64,000 nt of DNA, from NCBI GenBank assembly GCA_963707175.1, contig CAVPQA010000033.1, forward strand, positions 30,443 through 94,442. Direction: 5' to 3'. Below, one piece after another: positions 18,767 to 28,454 of the stretch. Within the stretch, counting starts at the first letter, position 1. Each line of letters starts with the position of its first letter. The notes below the pieces were generated by a model that did not search any database, was not told where the DNA came from, and was given only the letters and a program-made list of their open reading frames with translations. Origin of the DNA: an uncultured Alphaproteobacteria bacterium (GTDB lineage Bacteria > Pseudomonadota > Alphaproteobacteria > Rhizobiales > Xanthobacteraceae). Position numbers and translations under genes: made by a program.

Positions 18767-19394
18767 TCGCCAGGCTTATTTGCGCGACGGCGCCGCGATT
18801 TATGAGCGCTCATTTGCCATCATCCGCGCCGAAGCCGATCTATCGCGATTTTCCGCCGAAGAAGCCGAAATCGTCGTGCGTATGATCCACGCCTGCGGCG
18901 TCGTCGAGGCGGCGTCCAACATCGTGTTCGGCGGCGATCTCGTGGCCGCCGCGCGCCGTGCGCTTGTCGTCGGCGCGCCCATCCTGTGCGACGCCGAAAT
19001 GGTCGCGCACGGCATCACCCGCGCGCGGCTACCGGCAAACAACGACGTGATCTGCGCGCTCAACGATCCGCGCGTAGCCGCACTGGCAAAGCAGCGCGGC
19101 ACGACACGTTCGGCCATGGCGATCGACCTGTGGGGCGATCGGCTTGCCGGGGCCGTCGTTGCCGTCGGCAATGCGCCGACCGCTTTGTTTCGTTTGCTCG
19201 AACTCATGGACAGCGGCGCGCCGAAGCCGGCCGCGATTCTCGGGATTCCGGTCGGTTTCGTCGGCGCGGCTGAATCAAAGGAAGCGCTCGCCGCCAATTC
19301 ATGCGGCGTGCCGTTTCTCACGGTGCGCGGGCGCATGGGCGGCAGCGCCATGGCGGCCGCCGCCGTCAACGCGCTCGCGAGGGCCGGGTTGTGA
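18759..19394 (+). CDS. cobH: Precorrin-8X methylmutase
   Basis: 211 aa from ATG 18759 ([19 protein letters not shown]...MIHACGV...VGNAPTAL). Overlaps the cobG stop by 8 nt. Confidence 0.9.
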   Translation: MSDRQAYLRDGAAIYERSFAIIRAEADLSRFSAEEAEIVVRMIHACGVVEAASNIVFGGDLVAAARRALVVGAPILCDAEMVAHGITRARLPANNDVICALNDPRVAALAKQRGTTRSAMAIDLWGDRLAGAVVAVGNAPTALFRLLELMDSGAPKPAAILGIPVGFVGAAESKEALAANSCGVPFLTVRGRMGGSAMAAAAVNALARAGL

Positions 19395-20125
19395 CGGCCG
19401 CGCCCGGAAGGCTGATCGGCATCGGCGTCGGGCCGGGCGATCCCGATCTCGTGACGCTCCGGGCGATGCGGGCGCTAGGCGCCGCCGACGTGGTGGCGTT
19501 TTTTGCCAAAGCGGGGAATTCCAGTCACGCGCGCACCATTGCGACGCCTCATCTGCGCACCGGCATCGTCGAGATGCCGCTCAGCTATCCGGTCACCACC
19601 GAACTGCCGAGCTGCAGCGATGCTTATCGCAATGCGCTTGCCGCGTTCTACGACGCTGCAGCCGCGATGATTGAAGCGCATCTGAAGGACGGCCGCGCCG
19701 TAGCCGTACTGTGCGAGGGCGATCCGCTGTTCTATGGGTCGTACATGCACCTTCATGCGCGCTTGGCGGGGCGCTATCCGGCCGAGATCGTTGCCGGTGT
19801 CACCGGCATGTCGGGCTGCTGGTCGGCGGCCGGCCTGCCGATTGCGCAGGGCGACGACGTCTTCACCGTTCTGCCGGCGACGTTGCCGGAAGCCGAATTG
19901 GCGCGTTGGCTCGCCGATGCCGATGCGGCCGTGGTGATGAAAATCGGCCGCCACCTGCCCAAGCTGCGCCGGGCGCTGGCCTGCAGCGGCAGGCTCGACC
20001 GCGCCATCTATGTCGAGCGCGGCACCATGGCGGATGCGAAAATGCTGCCGCTTGCCGCCAAGCTCGACGACGAGGCGCCGTATTTCGCTGTTGTCCTGGT
20101 TCCGGGCTGGGAGCGGCGGCCATGA
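19391..20125 (+). CDS. cobI: Precorrin-2 C20-methyltransferase
   Basis: GTGA overlap with the cobH stop. Tetrapyrrole methylase N-terminus [16 protein letters not shown]. Confidence 0.85.
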   Translation: MTAAPGRLIGIGVGPGDPDLVTLRAMRALGAADVVAFFAKAGNSSHARTIATPHLRTGIVEMPLSYPVTTELPSCSDAYRNALAAFYDAAAAMIEAHLKDGRAVAVLCEGDPLFYGSYMHLHARLAGRYPAEIVAGVTGMSGCWSAAGLPIAQGDDVFTVLPATLPEAELARWLADADAAVVMKIGRHLPKLRRALACSGRLDRAIYVERGTMADAKMLPLAAKLDDEAPYFAVVLVPGWERRP

Positions 20126-20886
20126 CCGGGCAGCTCGCCGTTGTCGGTCTCGGGCCCGGCGATGCCCGCTATCTGACGCCGGAAGCCAGCGCCGCGCTCG
20201 TTGAGGCGCAGGCGCTCTACGGCTACGCGCCATATCTGGATCGCGTGCCGGTGCGTGCCGGCCAGCGCCGGCATGCGTCCGACAATCGCGAGGAGCGGGC
20301 GCGGGCGGCGGCGGCGCTGGCCGACACTGCGGCCGGCGCACGCGTCGTGCTGGTGTCCGGCGGCGATCCCGGCGTGTTCGCCATGGCGGCGGCGGTGTGC
20401 GGGGAGATCGAACGCGGCCCCGACGAGTGGCGGACGCTCGACATTGAGGTTGTTCCGGGGATCACCGCGATGCTTGCCGTCGCGGCAAAAATCGGTGCGC
20501 CGCTCGGCCATGATTTCTGTGCGCTGTCGCTCTCCGACAATCTGAAACCCTGGGAACTGATCGAACGGCGGCTCGACGCGGCGGCCGGCGCGGGCTTTGT
20601 TATCGCGCTCTACAATCCGGTGTCGCGAACGCGGCCGTGGCAGTTCGGCAAGGCGATCGAACGGCTGCGCCGATATCTGCCGCCGGCGACGCCCGTGGTG
20701 TTCGGCCGTGCCGTGGGCCGCCTGGACGAGAGCATCAACGTCGTCACGCTTGCAGCAGCCGACAAGACGGCCGCCGACATGGCGACATTGATCATCGTCG
20801 GCTCACGCGACACGCGCGTCATTACGCGCCCCGGCAAGGCACCGCTGGTCTATACGCCGCGCGCCGTCGTTGAGGTCAGCGCATGA
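20122..20886 (+). CDS. cobJ: Precorrin-3B C17-methyltransferase
   Basis: ATGA overlap with cobI. N-terminus VVGLGPGDARYLTPEA, then VSGGDPGVF. Confidence 0.85.
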   Translation: MTGQLAVVGLGPGDARYLTPEASAALVEAQALYGYAPYLDRVPVRAGQRRHASDNREERARAAAALADTAAGARVVLVSGGDPGVFAMAAAVCGEIERGPDEWRTLDIEVVPGITAMLAVAAKIGAPLGHDFCALSLSDNLKPWELIERRLDAAAGAGFVIALYNPVSRTRPWQFGKAIERLRRYLPPATPVVFGRAVGRLDESINVVTLAAADKTAADMATLIIVGSRDTRVITRPGKAPLVYTPRAVVEVSA

Positions 20887-21617
20887 TCGAGCCAGGCGAC
20901 GGCATCGTCGATTGTGCTCACGGTGAAGTCCGCATCGGGCGGCGGCGGCCGGCGCACCATGATGACTTCGATGCCGAGGGCGCGCGCGGCGGCGATCTTG
21001 CCATAGGCGGCGCTGCCGCCGCTGTTTTTCGAAATGACGACGCCGATCGCGTGCGCAGACATCAAGGCGCGATCGTCGGCTTCGCGAAACGGGCCGCGCG
21101 CGGTGACGTAAGTCACGCGCGGCAACGGCAGCGGCGGATCGACAGGATCGACGCTGCGGATCAGATAATTGTGCTGCGGGGCGTCGGCGAACGTTGCGAT
21201 GTCGTTGCGGCCGAGGGTCACAAAGACGTTGCGGCTCTGTCGGCCGATGGCGCGCACCGCGGCGCTGGTATCATCGACTTCGGTCCAGCGGTCGCCGGCG
21301 ACGGCGTGCCACGCCAGCCGGTGCAGCACGAGAAATGGCACGCCGATGCTGCGCGCGGCTTCTGCGGCATTGGCGGAAATCGCGATCGCATAGGGGTGCG
21401 TGGCGTCGATCAGAGCGTCAACGCGCTCTGCGCCAAGATGTTGCGCCAAGCCCTCGGCGCCGCCAAAGCCGCCGATCCGAACCGGCAGCGCATGGGGCAT
21501 GGGAGAAGCGGTGCGGCCGGCGAGCGACAAGGTCACATCGAGGTCGCCGCGCCGGGCGAGGCGTTCGCCAAGCAGGCGCGCTTCCGTGGTGCCGCCCAAA
21601 ATAAAGACGCGTGGCAT
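20850..21617 (-). CDS. cobK: Precorrin-6A reductase
   Basis: 255 aa from ATG 21617 ([20 protein letters not shown]). Convergent 37-nt overlap with cobJ. Confidence 0.85.
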   Translation of the reverse strand: MPRVFILGGTTEARLLGERLARRGDLDVTLSLAGRTASPMPHALPVRIGGFGGAEGLAQHLGAERVDALIDATHPYAIAISANAAEAARSIGVPFLVLHRLAWHAVAGDRWTEVDDTSAAVRAIGRQSRNVFVTLGRNDIATFADAPQHNYLIRSVDPVDPPLPLPRVTYVTARGPFREADDRALMSAHAIGVVISKNSGGSAAYGKIAAARALGIEVIMVRRPPPPDADFTVSTIDDAVAWLDHALTSTTARGV

Positions 21618-22872
21618 GCCTAACGTGCCGCTCTCCGATACGCCGCACCGCGACACTGCCGCATCGCCGCGCTGGCTGTCCATCGTCGGCATCGGCGAAG
21701 ACGGCGCCGAGGGCTTAAGCGCCACGGCGCGCGCGCTGATCGGCGCGGCCGAGATCGTGTTCGCCGGCCGGCGCCATCTGGCGCTTGCGGCGCCGCTCAT
21801 TCGCGGTGCGGCGCGGCCGTGGCCGAGCCCGTTTGACGGCGCCGTAGACGAGGTGCTGGCGCATCGCGGGCGGCAGGTCTGCGTGCTCGCCTCCGGGGAT
21901 CCGTTCCATTACGGCATCGGCGCAGTGCTGGCGCAGAAGATCGACGCACGCGAGATGACCGTGCTGCCGGCGCCGTCGGCATTCAGCCTGGCAGCGGCCC
22001 GGCTCGGCTGGTCGTTGCCGGCGACCGTGCTGCTTTCGGTGCACGGCCGTTCCCCCGATTTGGTGCGCCCGCACCTGCAGCCCGGCGCCCGCATCCTGGC
22101 ACTCACCTCAGACGGCAGCGGCCCCGCCGCGCTGGCGAAACTAGTCACGGATCGCGGCTTCGGCCCGTCGCGGCTTACGGTGCTGGAAGCGCTCGGCGGC
22201 CCACGCGAAAACATCCGCACCACCACAGCGGTTGCGTATGATCTGGGCCCGGCCGCAGCGCTGAATACGGTGGCAATCGAAGTCGAGGCCGCGCCAGGCG
22301 CGCGCGTGCTGGCGCGCACGGCCGGTCTCGCCGATGATTGGTTCGAGCATGATGGCCAGATCACGAAGCGGGAAATCCGCGCTGTGACGCTGTCGGCGCT
22401 GGCGCCGCTGCGCGGCGAATTGCTGTGGGATATCGGCGCGGGCTCAGGCTCGGTCGCGATCGAATGGCTGCTGGCCGATCCGGCGATGCGCGCGATCGCG
22501 GTCGAACGGCGCGCCGACCGCGCCGCGCGGATTGCGCGCAACGCCGCCACCTTTGGCGTGCCGGGACTTGAAGTGGTCGAAGGCGCGGCGCCCGAGGCGC
22601 TCGCTGCGCTCGCTGCACCCGATGCGGTGTTCGTCGGCGGTGGCGCCAGTGATGGCTGCGTGCTCGACGCGGCATCGCGCGCGCTGCGGTCTGGAGGACG
22701 CCTTGTCGTCAACGCGGTCACGCTCGAAACCGAGGCGCTGCTGCTCGCCCGCCATGCTGCGTTGGGCGGCGAACTCACTCGGATCGCGATCTCGCGCGTC
22801 GAGGCGCTCGGCAAAATGAAGGCATGGCGGCCGGCGCTGCCCGTCACGCAGTGGGTCTGGACCAAACCATGA
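21616..22872 (+). CDS. cobL: Precorrin-6Y C5,15-methyltransferase (decarboxylating)
   Basis: N-terminal methylase half ([11 protein letters not shown]...SGDPFHYG) and a CbiT-like SAM-binding half ([13 protein letters not shown]). ATG 21616 shares a CATG with the cobK start; an alternative GTG is at 21625. Confidence 0.85.
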   Translation: MPNVPLSDTPHRDTAASPRWLSIVGIGEDGAEGLSATARALIGAAEIVFAGRRHLALAAPLIRGAARPWPSPFDGAVDEVLAHRGRQVCVLASGDPFHYGIGAVLAQKIDAREMTVLPAPSAFSLAAARLGWSLPATVLLSVHGRSPDLVRPHLQPGARILALTSDGSGPAALAKLVTDRGFGPSRLTVLEALGGPRENIRTTTAVAYDLGPAAALNTVAIEVEAAPGARVLARTAGLADDWFEHDGQITKREIRAVTLSALAPLRGELLWDIGAGSGSVAIEWLLADPAMRAIAVERRADRAARIARNAATFGVPGLEVVEGAAPEALAALAAPDAVFVGGGASDGCVLDAASRALRSGGRLVVNAVTLETEALLLARHAALGGELTRIAISRVEALGKMKAWRPALPVTQWVWTKP

Positions 22873-23630
22873 CGGTGCATTTCATCGGTGCCGGGCCGGG
22901 AGCCGCGGACCTCATCACGGTGCGCGGCCGCGATCTGATCGCGCGCTGTCCGGTCTGCCTCTATGCAGGATCGATCGTGCCGCGCGCGCTGCTTGATTTC
23001 TGTCCGCCCGGTGCGCGGATCGTTGACACCGCACCGCTGTCGCTCGACGAGATCGAGATGGAGTTTGTCGCCGCGCATGCCGCGGGCCGCGACGTGGCGC
23101 GGCTGCAATCCGGCGACCTTTCGATCTATTCGGCGCTCGCCGAGCAGCTTCGCCGTCTCACGCGCCGTCACATTCCCTATACGCTCACGCCCGGCGTGCC
23201 GGCTTTCGCCGCTGCTGCGGCGTCGCTGCAATGCGAACTGACCGTGCCGGAAATCGCGCAGAGCGTGGTGTTGACGCGCGTTCCCGGCCGCGCCTCGCGG
23301 ATGCCGGAGAAGGAACAGCTCGAAACCTTTGCGGCAAGCGGCGCGACGCTGGTGCTGCATCTGGCGATTCATGCCATCGATCATGTCGTGAAAGAGCTGG
23401 TGCCGTTCTACGGCGCCGATTGCCCGGCCGCCGTCGTCTATGCGGCCAGCACGTCCGGTGAGCGCGTGTTGCGCGGCACGCTCAACGACATCACCGGGCA
23501 GGTTGCGGCGTCGCACATCGAGCGGACTGCGCTCATCCTGGTCGGCCGCGCGCTCGCCGCCGAAGAATTTCGCGACAGCGCGCTCTACGACGCCGGTTAC
23601 CGCCGCCGCTTCCGTGGAGGTGTGGCATGA
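22869..23630 (+). CDS. cobM: Precorrin-4 C11-methyltransferase
   Basis: ATGA overlap with cobL. N-terminus [20 protein letters not shown]. Confidence 0.9.
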   Translation: MTVHFIGAGPGAADLITVRGRDLIARCPVCLYAGSIVPRALLDFCPPGARIVDTAPLSLDEIEMEFVAAHAAGRDVARLQSGDLSIYSALAEQLRRLTRRHIPYTLTPGVPAFAAAAASLQCELTVPEIAQSVVLTRVPGRASRMPEKEQLETFAASGATLVLHLAIHAIDHVVKELVPFYGADCPAAVVYAASTSGERVLRGTLNDITGQVAASHIERTALILVGRALAAEEFRDSALYDAGYRRRFRGGVA

Positions 23631-23683
23631 GCGGAGACTGCGCATGACCGCGTGGGACTCTGCTTGCGGCGCGCCGCAGCGGC

Positions 23684-24451
23684 GTGCCGGTTTTCATGCC
23701 CGGCCATGTCTGGCTCGCGGGCGCCGGGCCGGGCAATCCCGGCCTGCTGACGCTCGATGCGCTTGCCGGCCTGGCGCAGGCGGACGTGATCGTGCACGAC
23801 GCGCTGGTCGACTCGCGTGTGCTGGCGCTCGCCGGCCAACAGGCCCGGCTCGAATTCGCCGGCAAGCGCGGCGGCAAGCCGTCGGCTACCCAGGCCGATA
23901 TCTGTGAGCGCCTGATCGCGCTCGCCCGCTCAGGCGAGCGCGTGCTGCGGCTCAAGGGTGGCGACCCGTTCGTGTTCGGCCGCGGCGGCGAGGAAGCCGC
24001 GGCGCTCACCGCGGCCGGCGTGCCGTATCGCGTGATTCCGGGCGTGACCGCAGGGCTTGCGGCGCTGGCGGAAGCCGGCATTCCGGCAACATTGCGTGGC
24101 ACCAATCGCGCCGTGATTTTCGCTGCCGGGCACGGCGCTGATGACGATTTCGATTGGGTGCCGCTGGTCCGCAGCGGCCAGCCGATCGTGCTCTATATGG
24201 TGATGCACAATCTGGAGCGGATCGCCGGCGCCCTGCGGGAGGCCGGCATGCCGCGTGACACGCCGGCTGCCGTGATCGCGTCGGCGACGACGCCGCGACA
24301 GCGCATCGTTGTTGCGACCCTCGAAAATCTTGCCGCCGCCGTGCGTGCCCAAGACATCGAGCCGCCGGCGATCGTGGTGATCGGCGATATCGTCAACGCG
24401 CGTGCGCAGGTGGCGGGGGACAATGCGGCGGCGAAAAAGGAATTGTCATGA
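23684..24451 (+). CDS. cobA: Uroporphyrinogen-III C-methyltransferase (SUMT)
   Basis: Motifs VWLAGAGPGNPGLLTLDA, GGDPFVFGRGGEE and PGVTAG. The start is GTG 23684 or ATG 23696. Confidence 0.85.
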   Translation: MPVFMPGHVWLAGAGPGNPGLLTLDALAGLAQADVIVHDALVDSRVLALAGQQARLEFAGKRGGKPSATQADICERLIALARSGERVLRLKGGDPFVFGRGGEEAAALTAAGVPYRVIPGVTAGLAALAEAGIPATLRGTNRAVIFAAGHGADDDFDWVPLVRSGQPIVLYMVMHNLERIAGALREAGMPRDTPAAVIASATTPRQRIVVATLENLAAAVRAQDIEPPAIVVIGDIVNARAQVAGDNAAAKKELS

Positions 24452-25803
24452 CCGCGTGCGGGTTCATCGTCGCGGCACCGCATTCGGGCGCGGGCAAGAC
24501 CACGGTGACCCTGGCCCTGCTTGCGGCATTTGCGCGCCGCGGCCTGCGCGTGCACGCCGCGAAGGCAGGGCCCGATTACATCGACCCGGCATTTCACGAA
24601 GCGGTGACCGGCAGCGCCAGCGTCAATCTCGATTCGTGGGCGATGTCCGGACATCAGATCGATGCACTGGCGGGGCAAGCGGCTGCCGGCGCCGACCTGC
24701 TGGTCATCGAAGGGGTGATGGGCCTGTTCGACGGCGCGCCCGGCGCGCCGGGGCGGCGCGGTGCGACCGCCGACCTCGCGGCGCATTTCCGCCTACCGGT
24801 CATCCTCGTGCTCGATGTCTCGCGGCAGGCGCAGTCGGCGGCAGCGCTGTTGCGCGGCTTTGCGGCGCATGATCCCGCCGTTCGGATTGCCGGAGTGATC
24901 TTGAACCGGGTGGCGAGCGAACGGCATCGCGCCTTGGTGGCCGGCGCCATCGCTCCGCTCGGCATCCCGGTACTCGGCGCCGCGCCGCGCGACCAGACAT
25001 TCACATTGCCGGAACGTCACCTCGGTCTGGTGCAGGCGAGTGAGCACGCCGACCTGCATGACCTTATCGCGCGTCTCGCTGCGGTGGCCGAGCAGCATTT
25101 CGATCTCGATGCGATTGCCGCCAGTGCAGCACCACCGACGATCGAAGCCGCGTCGCATACACTGCCGCTGCCGCCGCCCGGCCAGCGCCTCGCGCTGGCG
25201 CGCGATCGCGCGTTCAGCTTCGTCTATCCCCACGTAATCGAGGGCTGGCGGCGCGCCGGTGCTGAAATCCTCACGTTTTCGCCGCTGGCCGATGAGCCGC
25301 CGCCGGACCATGCCGACAGTTGCTGGCTGCCCGGCGGCTATCCGGAGCTGCACGCCGGCACGCTCGCCGCGGCGCGGCGTTTTTCGGACGGGCTGCGGCG
25401 CTTTGCGCAGACGCGGCCGGTGCACGGCGAGTGCGGCGGCTACATGGTGTTGGGTCAAAGCCTGGAAGCGGCGGAGGGAAGCACTCACCCCATGGTGGGT
25501 TTGCTCGGTCATTCCACGAGCTTTGCCAAACGGAAACTGCATCTCGGCTATCGTAGCGCGCGGCTGACCGGCGATTGCGTTCTTGGCCGCGCCGGATCGA
25601 CCCTGCGCGGCCACGAATTCCACTATGCGTTGCTCACGGCCGGCGGCGGCGACGACGCTGTTGCCGAATGTCGGGATGCCGAGGGGAAGTCGCTTGGCAA
25701 TACCGGCGGCCGCCGCGGCCGCGTCAGCGGCACGTTTTTTCACGCCATCGCGCAGGAGGAGAAGTTGGAGGGTAGCATAGGACTTGGATATCCGGTGCAA
25801 TAA
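24448..25803 (+). CDS. cobB: Cobyrinic acid a,c-diamide synthase
   Basis: ATGA overlap with cobA. P-loop APHSGAGKTTVTLALL and amidotransferase motif GECGGYMVLG. Confidence 0.9.
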   Translation: MTACGFIVAAPHSGAGKTTVTLALLAAFARRGLRVHAAKAGPDYIDPAFHEAVTGSASVNLDSWAMSGHQIDALAGQAAAGADLLVIEGVMGLFDGAPGAPGRRGATADLAAHFRLPVILVLDVSRQAQSAAALLRGFAAHDPAVRIAGVILNRVASERHRALVAGAIAPLGIPVLGAAPRDQTFTLPERHLGLVQASEHADLHDLIARLAAVAEQHFDLDAIAASAAPPTIEAASHTLPLPPPGQRLALARDRAFSFVYPHVIEGWRRAGAEILTFSPLADEPPPDHADSCWLPGGYPELHAGTLAAARRFSDGLRRFAQTRPVHGECGGYMVLGQSLEAAEGSTHPMVGLLGHSTSFAKRKLHLGYRSARLTGDCVLGRAGSTLRGHEFHYALLTAGGGDDAVAECRDAEGKSLGNTGGRRGRVSGTFFHAIAQEEKLEGSIGLGYPVQ

Positions 25804-26006
25804 GAATTCGATAACGACCAACGACCAAAAACTCCGAGCATGACCACGCTCTCCAAAATCGACAGATGCTGGCACGTGGCCGAGGTCGCTGCGCAGGTGG
25901 TCAGGTCGCCATGTTTGCCCGCAACAATCCCGCCTGTTGAAAGCGGCGCCGTGGCGCCGTGGTTCAACGGCCGCACGGTGTCCGACTGAAATTTAGGGGA
26001 GGCGCT

Positions 26007-28064
26007 ATGTTCGAATTGAGTCGATGCTGGATCCGTCTTTGTCTGATTTCCTTGGTGTTCTCGGCTTCCGCCGATTGCGGATTTGCCCAGGACGGCGGAG
26101 CGGCCAGCCATCCGCTCGATCCGCTGACGGCCAGTGAACTCGTCACCGTGCGGCATGTTCTGGCAAACAGCGGTCGGTTCTCTCCCGATACGAATTATGT
26201 GTGGATCGCTCTTGAAGAGCCCCCCAAGGATTTGGTCAAGAATTTCAGACCGGGTTCGGAGTTCCCGCGCCGGGCCAGCGTTACCGCCGTGGACTATGCC
26301 AAAAGAAAAACGTTTGCAGTGACTGTGGATGTTAAGGCAGCGCGAATCGCAGCGATCAAAGATCTTGGAGGGTTGCAGCCAGGGATTACCGATCGCGATA
26401 TCGCCATCGCACGTTCCGTAGTCAATTCCGACGCCCGGATCAGAGCGGCTCTGCTAAAGCGGGGCCTGAAGATTTCCGGAAACGTCACCGATGCAGTTCA
26501 GACCATCTATTATTCGCCCGGACACGACGAAACACTGGACGCAAATCGCGACCGTCTGTTGCGCGTGGTTTTTGCCTCGGACCAGACCGCGGTCAATGCG
26601 GGAAGCCCGTTATTGGACGGGGTCATGGCCATCATCGACCTCTATTCAAAAAAGGTCGTCGAGCTGGACGACCGCGTCGGCGTGCCAAGCGTGCCTGTTC
26701 CTCACGACATCTTCAATCCCAAGCTCGGCGCGGCGCTCGATCGCCGCGGGCCCACGCCCGTTCGACAGCGGCCGAATGATCTGGCCATCACCGGTAATGT
26801 CGTTGTCTGGCAGAACTGGAGGTTCCGTTACGGTTTCAATCTCCGCGAAGGGTTGGTGCTTTATCAGATCGATGTCAAGGATGGCGCCAAGTGGAGGCCC
26901 GTGCTTTACCGCGCATCCGTCTCGGAGGTGGTGACCGCCTACATGGACCCGGATCGTTTCTGGTCATGGCTGGAAGTCATCGACGAGGGCGGCGGCGGAC
27001 TTGGCGATAATTCGCTTGCGGTTCAGCCGGGCCGAGAAGTGCCGGCCGGGGCCACGACCTTGGACGTTTTGCTGCCCGATGCGGCGCCGCCGAATTACGC
27101 AAGGCTGTTCGACAACAGGATCTATATCTACGAACGCGACGGCGGCAATCTCATGTATTACCGCCAGGGCGATCGTATCGCTTATCGGAAATCCACAGAA
27201 CTTGTTGTCGGCTTTTATTCCACGCTCGGCAATTACGACTACGGCTTCAACTGGATATTCAAGCAGGACGGTTCGTTCGCCTTCGAGGTCGAACTGGCGG
27301 GCGAAGTCCTGACAAGGTTCGTACCGGCGACGACTTGCCAAGTATGCGCGGAGATTGCGCGTGGACCCGGTGCCGAGACCCGCACGATCCAACCGTCTGG
27401 TGACGACCGTTATGGCACTCTCGTTTATCGAAATGTCGTGGCTGGAAACCATCAGCATTGGTTCAATCTGCGGCTCGACTTCGATATCGACGGCGCCAAC
27501 AACGCAGTCATGGAAAACAACGTTCAGCGTATAAGTCATAATGCGCGTCCCGGCGGCGGGCAGAATGCCGGCGACCGCGTTGCCGTCCAAACGCACACGA
27601 TCTTCGCTCGCGCCGTCGACGCCAAGCGCGATGCCAATCACGACTCATCACGGAGCTGGACGATCTACAATCCATCGTCGGTCGGCAGACTCGGACGCGC
27701 TGCCGGCTACACGATCATGCCGGGCGAAAATGCAATGCCCGTATTTCCCGCGCGGCGAGTGGCGGGTCCGGTCGGCTTCACGCTTCATCATTTTTGGGTG
27801 ACGCCGCTGCGTTCGCGCGAACTCTTTGCCGCAGGCGCCTATCCCGATCAGGCGAAACCGGATTACATCGATACCCTCTATCATTACGCGAATGGCGATT
27901 TGATTTACGACAGAGACATCGTGATCTGGTATTCGCTGGGTATGATTTATATCCCGCGAGTTGAGGATTTCCCGCTCATGCCGGTGGAGAAGCTGGGAGT
28001 TAGCTTCGTGCCTGACGGTTTCTTCACCCGCAATCCGGCGCTCGGCCCGCCGCCCGACAAATGA
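26007..28064 (+). CDS. Copper-containing primary-amine oxidase (TPQ cofactor), secreted
   Basis: GGGGAGG lies upstream of ATG 26007 and the N-terminus looks like a signal peptide. TPQ precursor motif TLGNYDYGFNW and Cu-ligand region HQHWFNLRLDFDIDG. GC content is lower than in the flanking cob genes. Confidence 0.85.
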   Translation: MFELSRCWIRLCLISLVFSASADCGFAQDGGAASHPLDPLTASELVTVRHVLANSGRFSPDTNYVWIALEEPPKDLVKNFRPGSEFPRRASVTAVDYAKRKTFAVTVDVKAARIAAIKDLGGLQPGITDRDIAIARSVVNSDARIRAALLKRGLKISGNVTDAVQTIYYSPGHDETLDANRDRLLRVVFASDQTAVNAGSPLLDGVMAIIDLYSKKVVELDDRVGVPSVPVPHDIFNPKLGAALDRRGPTPVRQRPNDLAITGNVVVWQNWRFRYGFNLREGLVLYQIDVKDGAKWRPVLYRASVSEVVTAYMDPDRFWSWLEVIDEGGGGLGDNSLAVQPGREVPAGATTLDVLLPDAAPPNYARLFDNRIYIYERDGGNLMYYRQGDRIAYRKSTELVVGFYSTLGNYDYGFNWIFKQDGSFAFEVELAGEVLTRFVPATTCQVCAEIARGPGAETRTIQPSGDDRYGTLVYRNVVAGNHQHWFNLRLDFDIDGANNAVMENNVQRISHNARPGGGQNAGDRVAVQTHTIFARAVDAKRDANHDSSRSWTIYNPSSVGRLGRAAGYTIMPGENAMPVFPARRVAGPVGFTLHHFWVTPLRSRELFAAGAYPDQAKPDYIDTLYHYANGDLIYDRDIVIWYSLGMIYIPRVEDFPLMPVEKLGVSFVPDGFFTRNPALGPPPDK

Positions 28065-28261
28065 ATGCAGGCTCGCATAGAGTGCAACGCGCGCCAGCGG
28101 CGGACGACCGGTCAGCAATGCCGCAGATCCGGGAATCGTGTGGCTATTCGTTCGCTTGTCGCCGCGCGCGGCACGCAGCAGGCGGCCGTTGCCTTGTTTC
28201 CCAGTGGAAAACATGGTACTCGGCTGGCTTTGGAGATGGTGCACCACGCTGGAGGGAGCTT

Positions 28262-28381
28262 ATGAAGAAGTTTTTTTTCTTGGTGTTGATCGGCCTTGCC
28301 CTGATTGGTGGAATGACCGCGGGCTTCGCGCCTGCCGCGGATGCTGGGCAGCACCGCTGCAAGAGTGGCGATAGCTGCTAG
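28262..28381 (+). CDS. Candidate 39-aa secreted peptide precursor (predicted mature 11-mer GQHRCKSGDSC)
   Basis: Strong GGAGGGAG (28251-58) just upstream of ATG 28262. Sec-type signal MKKFFFLVLIGLALIGGMTAGFAPAADA followed by a short two-Cys tail. No homology is claimed. Confidence 0.4.
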   Translation: MKKFFFLVLIGLALIGGMTAGFAPAADAGQHRCKSGDSC

Positions 28382-28454
28382 GGGCGGCGCTTTCGTCTTT
28401 AGCCCCGTATCTCCGTAGCCGCGTATCTCCGTCAAGCGTTGCTTTTGCCGGCAG

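Noticed and set aside
21909-23645. 578-aa minus-strand ORF across cobL and cobM. Similar long antisense ORFs occur at 6189..7448, 46633..48168, 49239..50420, 61751..63616 and 31877..32977.
   Set aside because: All lie opposite genes with clear family motifs. They have Arg/Ala/Pro-biased junk-like composition and lack plausible ribosome-binding sites.
28406-28432. Direct repeat CGTATCTCCGT occurring twice with a 16-nt period, considered as a mini CRISPR or iteron
   Set aside because: There are only two short copies and no further periodicity or spacer structure. It lies between two convergent 3' ends and is most likely a chance or minor regulatory repeat.
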